DNA from: Dehalococcoidia bacterium
Lineage (GTDB): Bacteria; Chloroflexota; Dehalococcoidia; Lucifugimonadales; UBA3495
Length of the DNA stretch: 64,000 bases
Reading direction: 5' to 3'
Assembly: GCA_965116785.1 (NCBI GenBank)
Contig: OZ220731.1
Coordinates: 1,242,977-1,306,976 of the forward strand
Each line of letters begins with the position of its first letter. Position 1 is the stretch's first letter. A model generated the notes under the pieces. It made no database searches, was not told the DNA's origin, and was given only the letters and a program-made list of their open reading frames with translations. Positions 28,336-40,405 of this stretch are shown piece by piece. Position numbers and translations under genes: made by a program.

Positions 28336-29772
28336 ATGGTCCGCGCCCGCACTGGCACCCCGACCGCACCCCGACGACGCCGGCGTCCTCCGGCTAATGA
28401 TGACTCCGGCGTCGGACTGGACGACTCCATCCCGGCCGACGAAACATCGGACGGAGAATCGTCGTATCCCAACGGATCCCTCCCGGGACGCTATGTAGAC
28501 ATTGCCGAACTCAGCGTCATGTCCCGTGACGAGCTCCTCGATCTGGCCCCTGACGTCGGTTTGAGGGATGAGGGAGCATTGGCCGATGCTAACCGCGACG
28601 CCCTGCTGAACCGCGTGCGGCATTCGGCCGCCAACCGCAACCTGTTGACTGCGTCTGGCATCCTCGAAGTCATGGACGCCGGCCACGGCCTGCTCCGCTC
28701 GCTGCAATACCCACCGGTATCGGGCGACGTGTTCGTCGGGCAATCACAGATCCGCAGGTTCAACCTCAAAACCGGTGACACGGTTACCGGATTGGTTCGA
28801 CCACCCAAGGAAGGCGAGCGGCGCTACGGCCTGACCCGCGCCACCAGCATCAACCTGCTGGACCCCGAGGATCAAAAGCCCGCCTCTCGCCGGATGTTCG
28901 AGTCGCAGACGCCGATCTTTCCCGATGACCACATCGTTCTTGAGCACGCGCAGGGTGGACTGTCGTCGCGCATGATCGACCTGTTCGCCCCCATCGGGTT
29001 GGGCCAGCGCGGATTGGTGGTGTCTCCGCCCAAGGCCGGCAAGACCACGGTTCTGCGCCAGATAGCCGCGGCAATCACCGAAAACCGGCCCGAGGTCATG
29101 CTGATGGTGGTGCTCATCGGCGAGCGCCCGGAAGAAGTCACCGAGATGCGCCGCGCGGTGAAGGGTGACGTGTTCGCGTCGACATTCGACGAATCGGTCG
29201 AAGAACAGTGCCGGGTTGCGGAACTGGCCGTTGAGCGCGCCAAGCGCATGACGGAAACCGGACGCGACGTCGTCATACTGCTCGACAGCATCACCCGGCT
29301 TACTCGCGCCTACAATCTGGCCCTGCCCACCTCCGGGCGCACGCTTTCCGGCGGCATCGATCCGGCCGCGTTGTATCCGGCAAAGCGTTTTATCGGCGCC
29401 GCCCGCAACCTTGAAGAAGGCGGCTCGCTTACCATAATTGCGACGTGCCTCCTCGACACCGGCAGCCGCATGGACGAAGTGATCTACGAGGAGTTCAAGG
29501 GCACCGGCAACATGGAACTGCACCTGGACCGCCGGCTCGCGGACCAGCGCTACTTCCCCGCCATCGACGTGGTGCGCAGCGGCACCCGCCGGGAGGAGTT
29601 GCTCTACGACCAGGAAGCCATGCCCCAGATCTGGCTGCTGCGACGCATGGTCACGTTGGCCTCCGGCGGTGATTCCGCCAACATGGGAGATGCTACCAAG
29701 CGCGTCCTCGAACGCCTGGCCCGCACTCGGAGCAACTCGGAGTTCCTCACAAATCTGACGAAAGACTCGTAG
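28336..29772 (+). CDS. rho: Transcription termination factor Rho (with an Arg/Pro/Asp-rich N-terminal extension)
   Basis: GLVVSPPKAGKT, LIGERPEEVTEM, ILLDSITRL.RAYN, PSGRTLSGG and ELHLDRRLA..R.FPAID. Confidence 0.93.
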   Translation: MVRARTGTPTAPRRRRRPPANDDSGVGLDDSIPADETSDGESSYPNGSLPGRYVDIAELSVMSRDELLDLAPDVGLRDEGALADANRDALLNRVRHSAANRNLLTASGILEVMDAGHGLLRSLQYPPVSGDVFVGQSQIRRFNLKTGDTVTGLVRPPKEGERRYGLTRATSINLLDPEDQKPASRRMFESQTPIFPDDHIVLEHAQGGLSSRMIDLFAPIGLGQRGLVVSPPKAGKTTVLRQIAAAITENRPEVMLMVVLIGERPEEVTEMRRAVKGDVFASTFDESVEEQCRVAELAVERAKRMTETGRDVVILLDSITRLTRAYNLALPTSGRTLSGGIDPAALYPAKRFIGAARNLEEGGSLTIIATCLLDTGSRMDEVIYEEFKGTGNMELHLDRRLADQRYFPAIDVVRSGTRREELLYDQEAMPQIWLLRRMVTLASGGDSANMGDATKRVLERLARTRSNSEFLTNLTKDS

Positions 29773-29799
29773 CGACGACCGGACTTGAGCCAAAAATCA

Positions 29800-29830
29800 G
29801 GAGGCGGGTTTGAAACCCGCCTCCATTTTC
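29800..29830. terminator. Bidirectional intrinsic terminator between rho and the surface-protein gene
   Basis: GGAGGCGGG-tttgaaa-CCCGCCTCC followed by ATTTTC and preceded by AAAAATCA. Confidence 0.7.
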
Positions 29831-29834
29831 GTCA

Positions 29835-32800
29835 CTACGCGTCAGGAGCGGGATCGCCACCACCGCCGTTCCCGCCGCCTCCGCCTCCGGCTCCGCGTCG
29901 CCGCAGCACCAGCGCGACCACGGCTCCAGCCACTGCCAGGACCACAACCACGGCTACAACTATGAGCGTGATCGCGAGCCCGCTGAGGCCGCCGCCTTGG
30001 GTCGGCTCCTCGGCAACCGGGCGATCTCGCGTCTCCGTTTCACCGGTCGAAACGGCCGCCACGATGGTGGAGGTCAAAGCCCCCTGGTCAATGGTCGGCG
30101 GCGGCGGCACCGGAGTATCGGTGGGCTCGGGTGTCGGCGTCGGCTCAGGCGTCGGGGTGGGCGGCACCGGGGTGGGTGTGGGTTCCGGTGTCGGCGTCGG
30201 TTCCGGCGTGGGAGTAGGTTCCGGCGTCGCGGTCGGAAGCGGCGTATTCGTCGGCAGGGGCGTATTGGTGGGAAGTGGGGTCGGCGTCGCGTACCGCTGC
30301 GGTAGCAGCGTCACTGTCGCAAAAACCCCAGGCAGCCGCTCGCTCGATTGGTACACGTTTAACGTTGCCGTGCGTTCGCCATTCTCGGTTTCATCGGCGT
30401 GATAGTCTTCTAAGATGACCGTGGTGCCTGAAAACGCGCCTTCACGCGAAGCGAATCTGGTCTGGCCGCCAAAAGTCAGCGTTGGTCCGCTTCTGATGCG
30501 CACCGAGTAGCCCTGCGCGAAACGGTCCAGCCCGCTCAAGGTAACTCGTATCGGTTGTCCCACTCGCACTTCCTCGGGATGGACCTCCAGTCTTCCCGGG
30601 GTCACCACGAGGTCGAGATCCAGCGTCAAATCGTGCAGCGGGTAGCCGTCTATCTTAACTATCGGACGTATACGCTCGCCGCCCTCCGCGCGGGACGGCA
30701 CGCGGTATTCGAACTCCCATGTGCCGCTGGAAGTGTAGACGTTGTGCTCAACTCGGCCATTGATTTCGACTATGATGTGCGGCGGGTTGTAGAATCCGCG
30801 CTCCACGGGGAAGTTTGCTCCCCGGAACACAACGTAATCTCCGGGGGATACGTCGCCCTCGTCGGGAGAGACGGACAGTGTAGGCTTGGAGACCCTGACG
30901 GTTGCAGATGCTTTGACGCCGACGTCGCTGGTGATCTCCAGTTCTTCCTCCCCGTCGGATTCCAGCAGCTTGGTGATGAGGTCACTGTTGACGCGCCCGT
31001 TTGGACTCAATAGGGCGACCGGCGCGACGAAACGCCCCCCGCGGTTTATTTCACGGCAGCTGGCGATGGAATCCTGACCCTGATCCAGAAAAGCCAGCGG
31101 AACGCCATCCAAACTCACCTGGCAGACTTGACCACCCGCCAGGTTGTTGGAGCTGACCAAGAATTGCTCGCCCAAGCCGAGGCCTGTGTCCGGGCGAACC
31201 GACAGGTCGGCGTCCTTGATCGTGATGTTGACCGACACGAAGTTGTTCCCGATGGTGGCACCGACGGTGACAGTCCCGCTAACGTTGGGAGGCAACGTTA
31301 TTACCAGGTTATCGCCGGACTGGCTGCACCGGCTACTCTCCAATTGCCGGCCCGCTACCCGGACGGTTGCGCAATTCACTTGGCCCCCGCCGACTATCTT
31401 GAGCGTCACCCGGTCGCCGGGGGAAACTTCTGAGAGGCCCACAACTTCTAAGCCGGCGGTGACGACGATAGAGATCGAAGTCCCGCTATGCGTCCCTGCT
31501 CCGTCAATGGCGCAGATCTGATACCGGCCAGCGGACCGGAATTGGTTCGAACTGATCGTTACGTCTGCGGTAAAGCGGCGGTCAGAACCCACAGTCGCCT
31601 GGGCGATTTCCTGCCAGCCGTTGGTGTTATTGCAGGGTCGGGAACCGGTGTCGGCTTGCGCATACACGTATGCGGTCAACGGATCGGAAAACCCAATCCC
31701 TCTGAACTTGACGGTTTCCCCATAACCGACTTCGACATCGCCGTCGATTTCGAGCGTTGCGTCGACCCGCAATCGCTTGGTCAGCGGTGACCCGCCATCC
31801 CACTGGATAGTCACGTTGTATGGATCATCATCATCATCCGGCTGGCTTGGCAGTTGCAAGTTGTTCAGCTCTATGACCACAGGATAGGACGCATCATCGC
31901 AAACCCCAGGGTCTCCACTTCCGCGGCGCCATGACTGGCATCCGGGCAGTTCGATTTCGTGGGGTTCTCCGTTGTTCCGATCCACGCTTGCCCAATCCGG
32001 GAAAAATCTTCCTCCAGCCAGGATGATTACGTCCTGCTTGTCGAAGCCGGACGGAATTGTGATGTCCTCATGCAATAGTATCGTGAACTCGCTGGTCGTT
32101 TCCCCTGGACTGCATCCGTCTGGAGTGAACCTGAAGGTCAAATCAATGGTTTCGCCCGGCGTGTAGTCGTCGTCCTGGTCGATAACCAAGGCGGTACAGG
32201 GGGAAATAGCACTGCCGGTTCGACCGGTTCCAGAGTCCGACCACTGGCCGTCCCCTTCGTCGTTTCGAGCGCGTACTCGCACCGCGTAGGCAGTATCGGG
32301 CTGGAGGTTGGCGATGGAAGTGGAACGGCCAGTTCCATCGTAGTTGGCATCGGTGAAGTCGCCGCTGCTACCGACGCGATAACCGACGTCGTAGTCACTG
32401 ATGTCCGGCCGCCCCGCATTGTCCGGGGCAGTCCAGCTTATTGCCAGCGTGGTATCACCATCGGTATCCGCAGCGCGGACGGTTGGGAGGGCCGGCTTGC
32501 CCGGCGGCTCATCCTCATCGGTTACATTGATAGTAACTGGAATAGTAGCGTCAATAACATCCCCGTTTACGGTTCCGCCTTGATCGTTTCTTCCATCAGA
32601 AACTTGGAGTTGGACACTGTACGCAATTCGGCTTTCGTAATTCAGGATCGTGCCCGCGCGTACCGAAACCTGTCGGGTGCTGCCGTCGAAATCAAAACTG
32701 TCTTTGTCAGCGCCGGCCAGCGTGTAAGTAAGCGTATCGCTATCCAGGTCCGTAGCTTCAGGCAGGGGCGCTCCTATCGGAGTACCTGCCGGGCTGTTCT

Positions 32801-32972
32801 CCGTCACCTCCCGAGTTTGGGGTCCATCGGAGAATGTCGGCGTCTGATTGGCTTGTCCCGCCGGCGCGGCTCCCGCCAGATCCGCGCCGAAGGCCAGCAT
32901 TGCTATCGTCACCGCAGCCAAAAACAAACCGACCGCCAGCCAAACAAGTGCACGACGGTTGCCGCCAAACAT
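29835..32972 (-). CDS. Large membrane-anchored surface protein: cadherin-like domain, FN3, multiple Ig-like repeats, PT-rich stalk and C-terminal TM anchor
   Basis: N-terminal signal/TM (ALVWLAVGLFLAAVTIAML). Cadherin-like TYTLAGADKDSFDFD...YSVQLQVSDG...VTINVTDEDEPP. FN3-like ISWTAPDNAG...YAVRVRARNDEGDGQWS. TPEPTPTP stalk. C-terminal LAITLIVVAVVVVLAVAGAVVALVLRRR plus a Gly tail. TTG 33041 is an alternative start. Confidence 0.8.
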   Translation of the reverse strand: MFGGNRRALVWLAVGLFLAAVTIAMLAFGADLAGAAPAGQANQTPTFSDGPQTREVTENSPAGTPIGAPLPEATDLDSDTLTYTLAGADKDSFDFDGSTRQVSVRAGTILNYESRIAYSVQLQVSDGRNDQGGTVNGDVIDATIPVTINVTDEDEPPGKPALPTVRAADTDGDTTLAISWTAPDNAGRPDISDYDVGYRVGSSGDFTDANYDGTGRSTSIANLQPDTAYAVRVRARNDEGDGQWSDSGTGRTGSAISPCTALVIDQDDDYTPGETIDLTFRFTPDGCSPGETTSEFTILLHEDITIPSGFDKQDVIILAGGRFFPDWASVDRNNGEPHEIELPGCQSWRRGSGDPGVCDDASYPVVIELNNLQLPSQPDDDDDPYNVTIQWDGGSPLTKRLRVDATLEIDGDVEVGYGETVKFRGIGFSDPLTAYVYAQADTGSRPCNNTNGWQEIAQATVGSDRRFTADVTISSNQFRSAGRYQICAIDGAGTHSGTSISIVVTAGLEVVGLSEVSPGDRVTLKIVGGGQVNCATVRVAGRQLESSRCSQSGDNLVITLPPNVSGTVTVGATIGNNFVSVNITIKDADLSVRPDTGLGLGEQFLVSSNNLAGGQVCQVSLDGVPLAFLDQGQDSIASCREINRGGRFVAPVALLSPNGRVNSDLITKLLESDGEEELEITSDVGVKASATVRVSKPTLSVSPDEGDVSPGDYVVFRGANFPVERGFYNPPHIIVEINGRVEHNVYTSSGTWEFEYRVPSRAEGGERIRPIVKIDGYPLHDLTLDLDLVVTPGRLEVHPEEVRVGQPIRVTLSGLDRFAQGYSVRIRSGPTLTFGGQTRFASREGAFSGTTVILEDYHADETENGERTATLNVYQSSERLPGVFATVTLLPQRYATPTPLPTNTPLPTNTPLPTATPEPTPTPEPTPTPEPTPTPVPPTPTPEPTPTPEPTDTPVPPPPTIDQGALTSTIVAAVSTGETETRDRPVAEEPTQGGGLSGLAITLIVVAVVVVLAVAGAVVALVLRRRGAGGGGGGNGGGGDPAPDA
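30098..30292. repeat. Imperfect tandem 12-18 nt repeats encoding the Pro/Thr-rich stalk
   Basis: Reiterated GGTTCCGGCGTCGGCGTC-like units; the minus strand encodes TPEPTPTP and TNTPLP. Confidence 0.8.
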
Positions 32973-33337
32973 GAGAATTCGATTGTATCCGCGCACGGGT
33001 ATCCTCCCTGGGTCACCAACAAAAATGTTCACGCCGCGCAATCAATCCAGTAACGGCCGGCCTTTTCAGTATATGACACTCCTACCGATGACTGGCCGTG
33101 CCCCCTCCGACGGTTCGATCCATTTTTGCGCATTGCGGGCACGAAAAACCGCGTGATGTCCCTGGACACGCATACGTCGCTATCCGGCAAACGGCTCTAT
33201 AATCGTTCGCAGCAAGTTTGAGACCAAGTTGGTTGGCGGTCGCGAAATCGGGTTGGCCGGTCGGCACGTATAATGTTCGGGAACAGCCTGCCGGAATTGG
33301 GGCAGGCGGACTGAATTTCGGCGATGGGAGAACGCGC

Positions 33338-34120
33338 TTGTCTCCGCGCTCTGGAAACATATTGATAGTTGACGATGAGGCTGCGTCCGCGATAGTTCGG
33401 GCCGTGTGTCGCCGCCTGGAAGAAGAGGGCTGGGGCACGACGGTGGTCGGCAAGGACGAGCACGGCTCGGCCGACGAGATGATGTGGGCAGCCTTGGAGG
33501 CTATCGACCAGCACCTGCCGGACGGCGTGATTCTGGACGTACGCCTCGGCGAGTACCGTGACGAGCAGTTCAAGGGCCTGGACATCCTCAAGCGTATTGT
33601 CGGCCAACACCCCCGCCTGCCTGTGCTGATGTTCACGCAGTACAGCCAGGGTGTCGAACGCGACACCGTGGCCCGCAGCGCTTTGCAGGTGGAAGCTCCC
33701 GTCGAATTCATCGACAAGCTGGCCTCACCCGAAGAAGTGGCGCTGCGCATTCGCCGCCTCGTGGGAGCCGAGCCGCGATCCATCGCCGTCGGTGATCGCA
33801 TCGTCGTCGACACGGACGCGCGGTCGGTTCAGGTTCGAGATGAAAACGGACGCCTAACCCCGGTCGCCGATGTATCCGGCCGACGGTTTGACATCCTGCG
33901 CGAACTGTCCGAAGCCTGGTATCGCAGCCCCGGCAACATGGTTCCCTTCGACCGTTTGGAGCGTTACCTCGAGGGCGACGACACCCGCGCTTCTTTGCGC
34001 GTTCGTGTACGCGAGATCAAGGTCTCGCTGGGTCGCGCGTTGGGCATTCCATTGGGCGCCAACGATTTCATTGTCAGCGTGCGGGACCGTGGCTATCGGT
34101 TGCTGCCACCCCGCGAGTAG
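33338..34120 (+). CDS. OmpR/PhoB-type response regulator
   Basis: Receiver domain: ILIVDDE, VILDVRL, LMFTQYS, FIDKL. Winged-helix C-terminus: ...LRVRVREIKVSLG...IVSVRDRGYRL. I favour TTG 33338, which lies 7 nt after GGGAG; the ORF is open from 33218. Confidence 0.8.
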   Translation: MSPRSGNILIVDDEAASAIVRAVCRRLEEEGWGTTVVGKDEHGSADEMMWAALEAIDQHLPDGVILDVRLGEYRDEQFKGLDILKRIVGQHPRLPVLMFTQYSQGVERDTVARSALQVEAPVEFIDKLASPEEVALRIRRLVGAEPRSIAVGDRIVVDTDARSVQVRDENGRLTPVADVSGRRFDILRELSEAWYRSPGNMVPFDRLERYLEGDDTRASLRVRVREIKVSLGRALGIPLGANDFIVSVRDRGYRLLPPRE

Positions 34121-34129
34121 AGCGTAACC

Positions 34130-35113
34130 ATGGCGGTTTTGACCCGGCGTCAACTCTCTTTCCATCCGTGGCCGGCAATCGTTGGCATCTCTCTCGCCGT
34201 CCTGGGCCTCGGCCTGATGATGGCGTCGCTATTCCTGACGCCGGCGCAAATGTTCCCGCAACCGTGGACGATTGAACCACTATCGTATATCGGCACCGCC
34301 GGCATAGTGCTCGGGTTGGCCATTGCCGTGAGCGTGTACGTCGTCTCCAGCATGCGCCATCGCCATGCCAACGGGCTGAACGGCGCGGATGATTGGAACA
34401 AGCTGACTGAACAGCATTTCGAAACCTTCCAGCATGACCTTGGCCGTCCCATGCGGCGCATCCTGGGCAAATGCCGTGAAGTCCGCGGTGTGCTTGCGGC
34501 GACCGGTGAGGACGTTTCGTCCGTCATCCACGAACTGCTGGACGAGATCGAAGAGCAAGCGCCGTCCTTCCGTCTCATGATGGGCAACATCCAGGTGATG
34601 ATCAATCTTGAGACGCCGGACGCTCCGGTAGAACGATATCCGGTGGAGCCCTCGGCGGTCGTGAGCCGCATTGTCGAGCGCTATACCGGGCAGGCAGCCG
34701 AGCAGGGCAAGGACATCGCCTGGTGGTCGGAACCCGAGGATTTTGGCCTAGTGTATTCCGACGCGGCCGCCCTGGAACACATCGTCGCCAACCTCGTGGA
34801 CAACGCGCTGCGTTACGGCGGCGATTACATCGAAATCACGGTTACCCGTGACTCCTACAATTTCCAGATCAGCGTGGCCGATGACGGGTCAGGCATTCCG
34901 GTCCACTACCGGGCCCACCTTTTTGACCGCGGGTGGACGCCGCAACTGGGTCGCAGCGAAGAAAAGACATCCTCGGGTCTCGGGCTGTACATCAGCCGCA
35001 CGCTCGCTCTCCGGTACGGCGGAGACCTGAAGGTTGAGTCGACACTTGCTCCGGCAGAGGGAACCCACACGGTTTTCACGTTGACCCTTCCCGTGGGCGC
35101 TCCTGACGCCTAG
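34130..35113 (+). CDS. Sensor histidine kinase (2 TM)
   Basis: H-box FQHDLGRPMRRI, N-box ANLVDNALRYG, G1 VADDGSGIP and G2 GLGLYISR. Confidence 0.88.
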   Translation: MAVLTRRQLSFHPWPAIVGISLAVLGLGLMMASLFLTPAQMFPQPWTIEPLSYIGTAGIVLGLAIAVSVYVVSSMRHRHANGLNGADDWNKLTEQHFETFQHDLGRPMRRILGKCREVRGVLAATGEDVSSVIHELLDEIEEQAPSFRLMMGNIQVMINLETPDAPVERYPVEPSAVVSRIVERYTGQAAEQGKDIAWWSEPEDFGLVYSDAAALEHIVANLVDNALRYGGDYIEITVTRDSYNFQISVADDGSGIPVHYRAHLFDRGWTPQLGRSEEKTSSGLGLYISRTLALRYGGDLKVESTLAPAEGTHTVFTLTLPVGAPDA

Positions 35114-35143
35114 CGCCGCCTGCGTGCTTCGGACCGTCGTACG

Positions 35144-35983
35144 TTGCGGCAGCAGATCGTAGCCGTCACCGCAGCAATCCTGCTGGTGGTCCTGTTCCTT
35201 GCGCTCTGGCTGTCTAATCTGCCCGGCCTGCCGAACGTGCCTTACCGGGCGGCACGGCCGGTACCTACGGCCACTCCGACCCTGGCGCCGCCCACACCCG
35301 TAGTGGTGACCGCAACGCCCACCGCCACGCCAGTCCCCACACCCACCGCCCGGCCCACACCTACCTTGCCGCCCACACCTTTGCCCACGTCCACTCCCCG
35401 GCCCACGCCTACACCGCCTCAGCCCACCCCAACTCCGCAGTCCCATTTTCTGGAAGTGAGCGACCCTCCGGACATGGCGGTCATCTACGGACCTCCGGTT
35501 ATCCTCGTTTCGGGGTCCACACTGCCCTGGTCAATCGTCGAGTTCATCTACTCCAGCAGCGCATTCCCAGAGCGTGATACGCGTGTGCAGGCGGACGCTG
35601 CCGGCAACTATGCCGGCCCGGTGCCCTTGTCGGCCGGGGTAAACGTGATTGAGGTAATCGGATACCACGGCTCGTCTTCGCAACAGCAGCGCCGATTCCT
35701 CCAGGTAAATTACGCCGGATCCCAGGCAGAGCTGACCTTGGCGGTAACCGATCCCGAAGGTGCGATTACGGTGAGCAGTCGCTTCCTGACCATCATCGGG
35801 GTCACCGCGCCCGACGCCGAGGTGGTCGTAAGCGACCTGATACTCGCGCTGCCCGACCCCAATGGCCGATGGGAAACCAACGTGTTGCTCCAGCCGGGAG
35901 AGAACACGATCCGAATCGTGGCATCCCGGGGCGAGGACGTTGTCGAAACTTTCGTTACGGCAACGTTCCAACCCGGATCCTGA
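35144..35983 (+). CDS. Membrane-anchored protein with a PT-rich linker and Ig-like domains
   Basis: N-terminal TM (VAVTAAILLVVLFLALWL), a PT-rich segment (nt ~35260-35445) and beta-rich C-terminal domains. TTG start with no clear Shine-Dalgarno sequence. Confidence 0.6.
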   Translation: MRQQIVAVTAAILLVVLFLALWLSNLPGLPNVPYRAARPVPTATPTLAPPTPVVVTATPTATPVPTPTARPTPTLPPTPLPTSTPRPTPTPPQPTPTPQSHFLEVSDPPDMAVIYGPPVILVSGSTLPWSIVEFIYSSSAFPERDTRVQADAAGNYAGPVPLSAGVNVIEVIGYHGSSSQQQRRFLQVNYAGSQAELTLAVTDPEGAITVSSRFLTIIGVTAPDAEVVVSDLILALPDPNGRWETNVLLQPGENTIRIVASRGEDVVETFVTATFQPGS

Positions 35984-36118
35984 CCGGTGCTTGGGCCAAC
36001 CGTTTTGACCGGCGCGGGCACGCGAACCCGCCGTTGGCCACTGCGACCGGTTGTGGTGACACGGTCGCCGCGCGCTGTTACGCGCTCCTTCTCACATGTA
36101 CTGAACGAGTACAGAGGC

Positions 36119-36147
36119 TGCACACAACCCCTGTTTTGTGGTAAAAT
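36119..36147 (+). promoter_or_regulatory. Candidate promoter of dnaG-rpoD
   Basis: TGCACA (36119-36124), 17 nt to the hexamer, extended -10 TGgTAAAAT (36139-36147), about 40 nt before the dnaG ATG. Confidence 0.45.
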
Positions 36148-36185
36148 AGCGTTGGCGAATTGTCCCCGTGGTAATTTGCTTTCCT

Positions 36186-38027
36186 ATGACGCAACTTGAT
36201 GACGTAAAAAGCCGGCTGGACATCGTCGAATTGGTCGGCGGTTACGTTCAGTTGCAGAGGTCCGGTAGTTCCTTCAAGGCGAATTGCCCTTTCCACCAGG
36301 AAAGGACACCGTCTTTCTTCGTATTCCCTGACCGGCAGTCCTGGCGTTGCTTTGGCGCCTGCGCCGAGGGGGGTGACGCTTTCTCCTTCGTGATGAAGAA
36401 AGAGCGGGTGGACTTCCGTGAGGCCTTGGTCCGTCTGGGCGCACGGGTCGGCATTACCATCACCGACCAGGCGGAAACCGGCAGTCGCTCGCAGTTGCTG
36501 TTCGAGATCAATGACGCCGCGCGACAATTTTTCCAGAGGATGCTCGCGGAGCCGGAAGCATCCTTCGTGCGGGAATACCTGACCGGACGCGGTCTCAGCG
36601 ACCGATCCCTTCAGACCTTCGAGTTCGGGTACAGCCCGGCACGGGACAACCGCCTCCTGGCGCACCTGACGAATGCCGGTTACACCCCGGAAACCATCAC
36701 GGAAGCCGGCCTGGCGCGCGAAACGGAGGACGGACGCCATTACGACCTGTTCCGTGGACGGTTGATGATCCCGATCCGGGACTGGTCGGCCCGCGTCGCC
36801 GGGTTCGGCAGCCGGGCGCTGGACGACAATGCCACTCCGAAATATCTCAATACGCCACGCACTCCGGTGTTCGACAAGTCCCGCATTCTGTACGCCATGC
36901 ATCTGGCCAAGGAACCCGTCCGCCAGCACGGCGCAGTCATCGTCGAAGGGTACATGGACGCCGTGATGGCCCACCAGCACGGGTTCGACAACGTGGTCGC
37001 GTCCATGGGGACCGCGCTGACCGAACACCAGGTTGCCCTGGTGCGGAGGCTCACCCACCGCGTGACCATGGCTCTCGACGGCGACCCGGCCGGCCGTAAT
37101 GCCACGCTGCGCAGCCTTGAATCGTCCTGGGGTGTTTTCCAGCAGCGAGACCGGAGAACCGCCGGTCAGGGCGGCCTATCCGTGCTGCAACAACCGGAAG
37201 AGCTGGACCTTCGCATCGCCGAGATGCCCCCCGGCCAGGATCCGGACGACTACATACGCCAGTCACCCCGCGAGTGGCCCACGTTTATTGAATCCGCCGC
37301 CCCGCTGTTTGACTACCTGTTGGCCGCGCTCACCGAGAGGGTCGACATAACCACCCCCGACGGGCGCTCCTGGGCGGCGCAAACCATGTTGCGCTTCGTC
37401 GCGCACGTGCCCGACCCCATCAAGCGCGATTTCTACCTGGACGCGCTCTCCGCTCATTTCAGCGTAGACGTGGCAACCCTGCGCGCTGCCATACCCGTGG
37501 CCGCTCGGACGGAAGGGCAGGGCCGGCGCACCAACCGTGCACCCCACACGGCGGACGAAGCCACACCGTTGCCCGGTCACCAAGGGAACGTCGCCGAGGA
37601 ATTGGTGCTGAAAATCCTGCTGCATCATTCCGAAGAGATCGGACACGAAGCGGCAACGTCGGTGCGTCCTGAGTGGTTTAGCCGCACCGAGAACCGGGAA
37701 ATTCTGCGTTACGTATTTTCTCGTATGGATCAGAACGCAGACGGCGAGGTTTCGGTGACACCGGAATTGGAGCAGCATTTCAACCAATTGCTCAGCAGCG
37801 ACACAGGATTATCGACGTCAAGCAAGATCGAAAGCGCTTTGAAACAGGCGTGTCTTCGTCTGCAAAGAGAACACTCCATCAATCAGAACTCCCAATTGGC
37901 CAGCGTGATGGCCGAGGAGGACCTTTTGGATCCCGACTCAACAGTCGCGAACCTTTGGTTAGACAGCAAGAACAACCTGCGCGAGATCGACCTGCTCCGG
38001 CGGCCGGCCTCGTCACACAACCGATAA
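36186..38027 (+). CDS. dnaG: DNA primase
   Basis: Zinc finger [30 protein letters not shown], and Toprim EGYMDV... Confidence 0.93.
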   Translation: MTQLDDVKSRLDIVELVGGYVQLQRSGSSFKANCPFHQERTPSFFVFPDRQSWRCFGACAEGGDAFSFVMKKERVDFREALVRLGARVGITITDQAETGSRSQLLFEINDAARQFFQRMLAEPEASFVREYLTGRGLSDRSLQTFEFGYSPARDNRLLAHLTNAGYTPETITEAGLARETEDGRHYDLFRGRLMIPIRDWSARVAGFGSRALDDNATPKYLNTPRTPVFDKSRILYAMHLAKEPVRQHGAVIVEGYMDAVMAHQHGFDNVVASMGTALTEHQVALVRRLTHRVTMALDGDPAGRNATLRSLESSWGVFQQRDRRTAGQGGLSVLQQPEELDLRIAEMPPGQDPDDYIRQSPREWPTFIESAAPLFDYLLAALTERVDITTPDGRSWAAQTMLRFVAHVPDPIKRDFYLDALSAHFSVDVATLRAAIPVAARTEGQGRRTNRAPHTADEATPLPGHQGNVAEELVLKILLHHSEEIGHEAATSVRPEWFSRTENREILRYVFSRMDQNADGEVSVTPELEQHFNQLLSSDTGLSTSSKIESALKQACLRLQREHSINQNSQLASVMAEEDLLDPDSTVANLWLDSKNNLREIDLLRRPASSHNR

Positions 38028-38038
38028 AGGAGAGGTTT

Positions 38039-39898
<1,860 letters not shown>

Positions 39899-39925
39899 TG
39901 CCGCCGGTCGGGACCGGATAACGTC

Positions 39926-39960
39926 GCGGGGCAATGTTGAACATTGCCCCGCACATTTTT
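39926..39960 (+). terminator. Intrinsic terminator after rpoD
   Basis: GCGGGGCAATGTT-g-AACATTGCCCCGC palindrome followed by ACATTTTT. Confidence 0.75.
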
Positions 39961-40096
39961 GGATTGCGGTGTGAACGATTTCCAGTTAACTTTTTTGGAA
40001 AAACGCCAAATAACGCCGCCGGGTGTACGGGCAAATCATCACCCACAGGCCTATACTCCGGCCTGCAAACCCAGTCTGGAATGGGTAAGGGAGGTA

Positions 40097-40297
40097 ATGC
40101 CGGTGGAAGCGATGGAGTTCCCAATTTGCCAACAGTGCAACATCGGGTCGTTGGTGCCACTCTCAGACTATGGCGCGCAGGGTGCTCCAGTTCACTATAA
40201 AGCTTGGACCTGCACCAACCCCGGCTGCGGATACAACATCAAAATCCGCAACGGAGACATCTTCGTCAACGAACCCATACGGGCAGGGAGGCATTGA
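40097..40297 (+). CDS. Small 4-Cys zinc-ribbon protein
   Basis: 66 aa with ICQQC ... CTNPGC. Strong AAGGGAGG ribosome-binding site 2-3 nt... effectively ~5 nt before ATG 40097. The longer ORF from 39944 has no ribosome-binding site. Confidence 0.6.
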   Translation: MPVEAMEFPICQQCNIGSLVPLSDYGAQGAPVHYKAWTCTNPGCGYNIKIRNGDIFVNEPIRAGRH

Positions 40298-40405
40298 TCA
40301 CGGTGACCCGACCAGGGGGCTGACCGAGCAGGCCGCCAGGATTTCGGCGGCCCGGAAACGCGCGCATGAACGGTATATAGCGCGAAACATACACAGGGTA
40401 CGGAC

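Noticed and set aside
30098-30292. Possible CRISPR-like or other non-coding repeat array
   Set aside because: The repeats are short (12-18 nt), have no spacers and lie in frame inside a large CDS, where they encode a Pro/Thr linker. They are not a CRISPR array.
33198-33274. Two perfect TATAAT hexamers (33198-33203 and 33269-33274) upstream of the response-regulator gene
   Set aside because: Neither has a credible -35 or TGn element at the right spacing, and a few chance TATAAT hexamers are expected in 64 kb. I did not report them as promoters.
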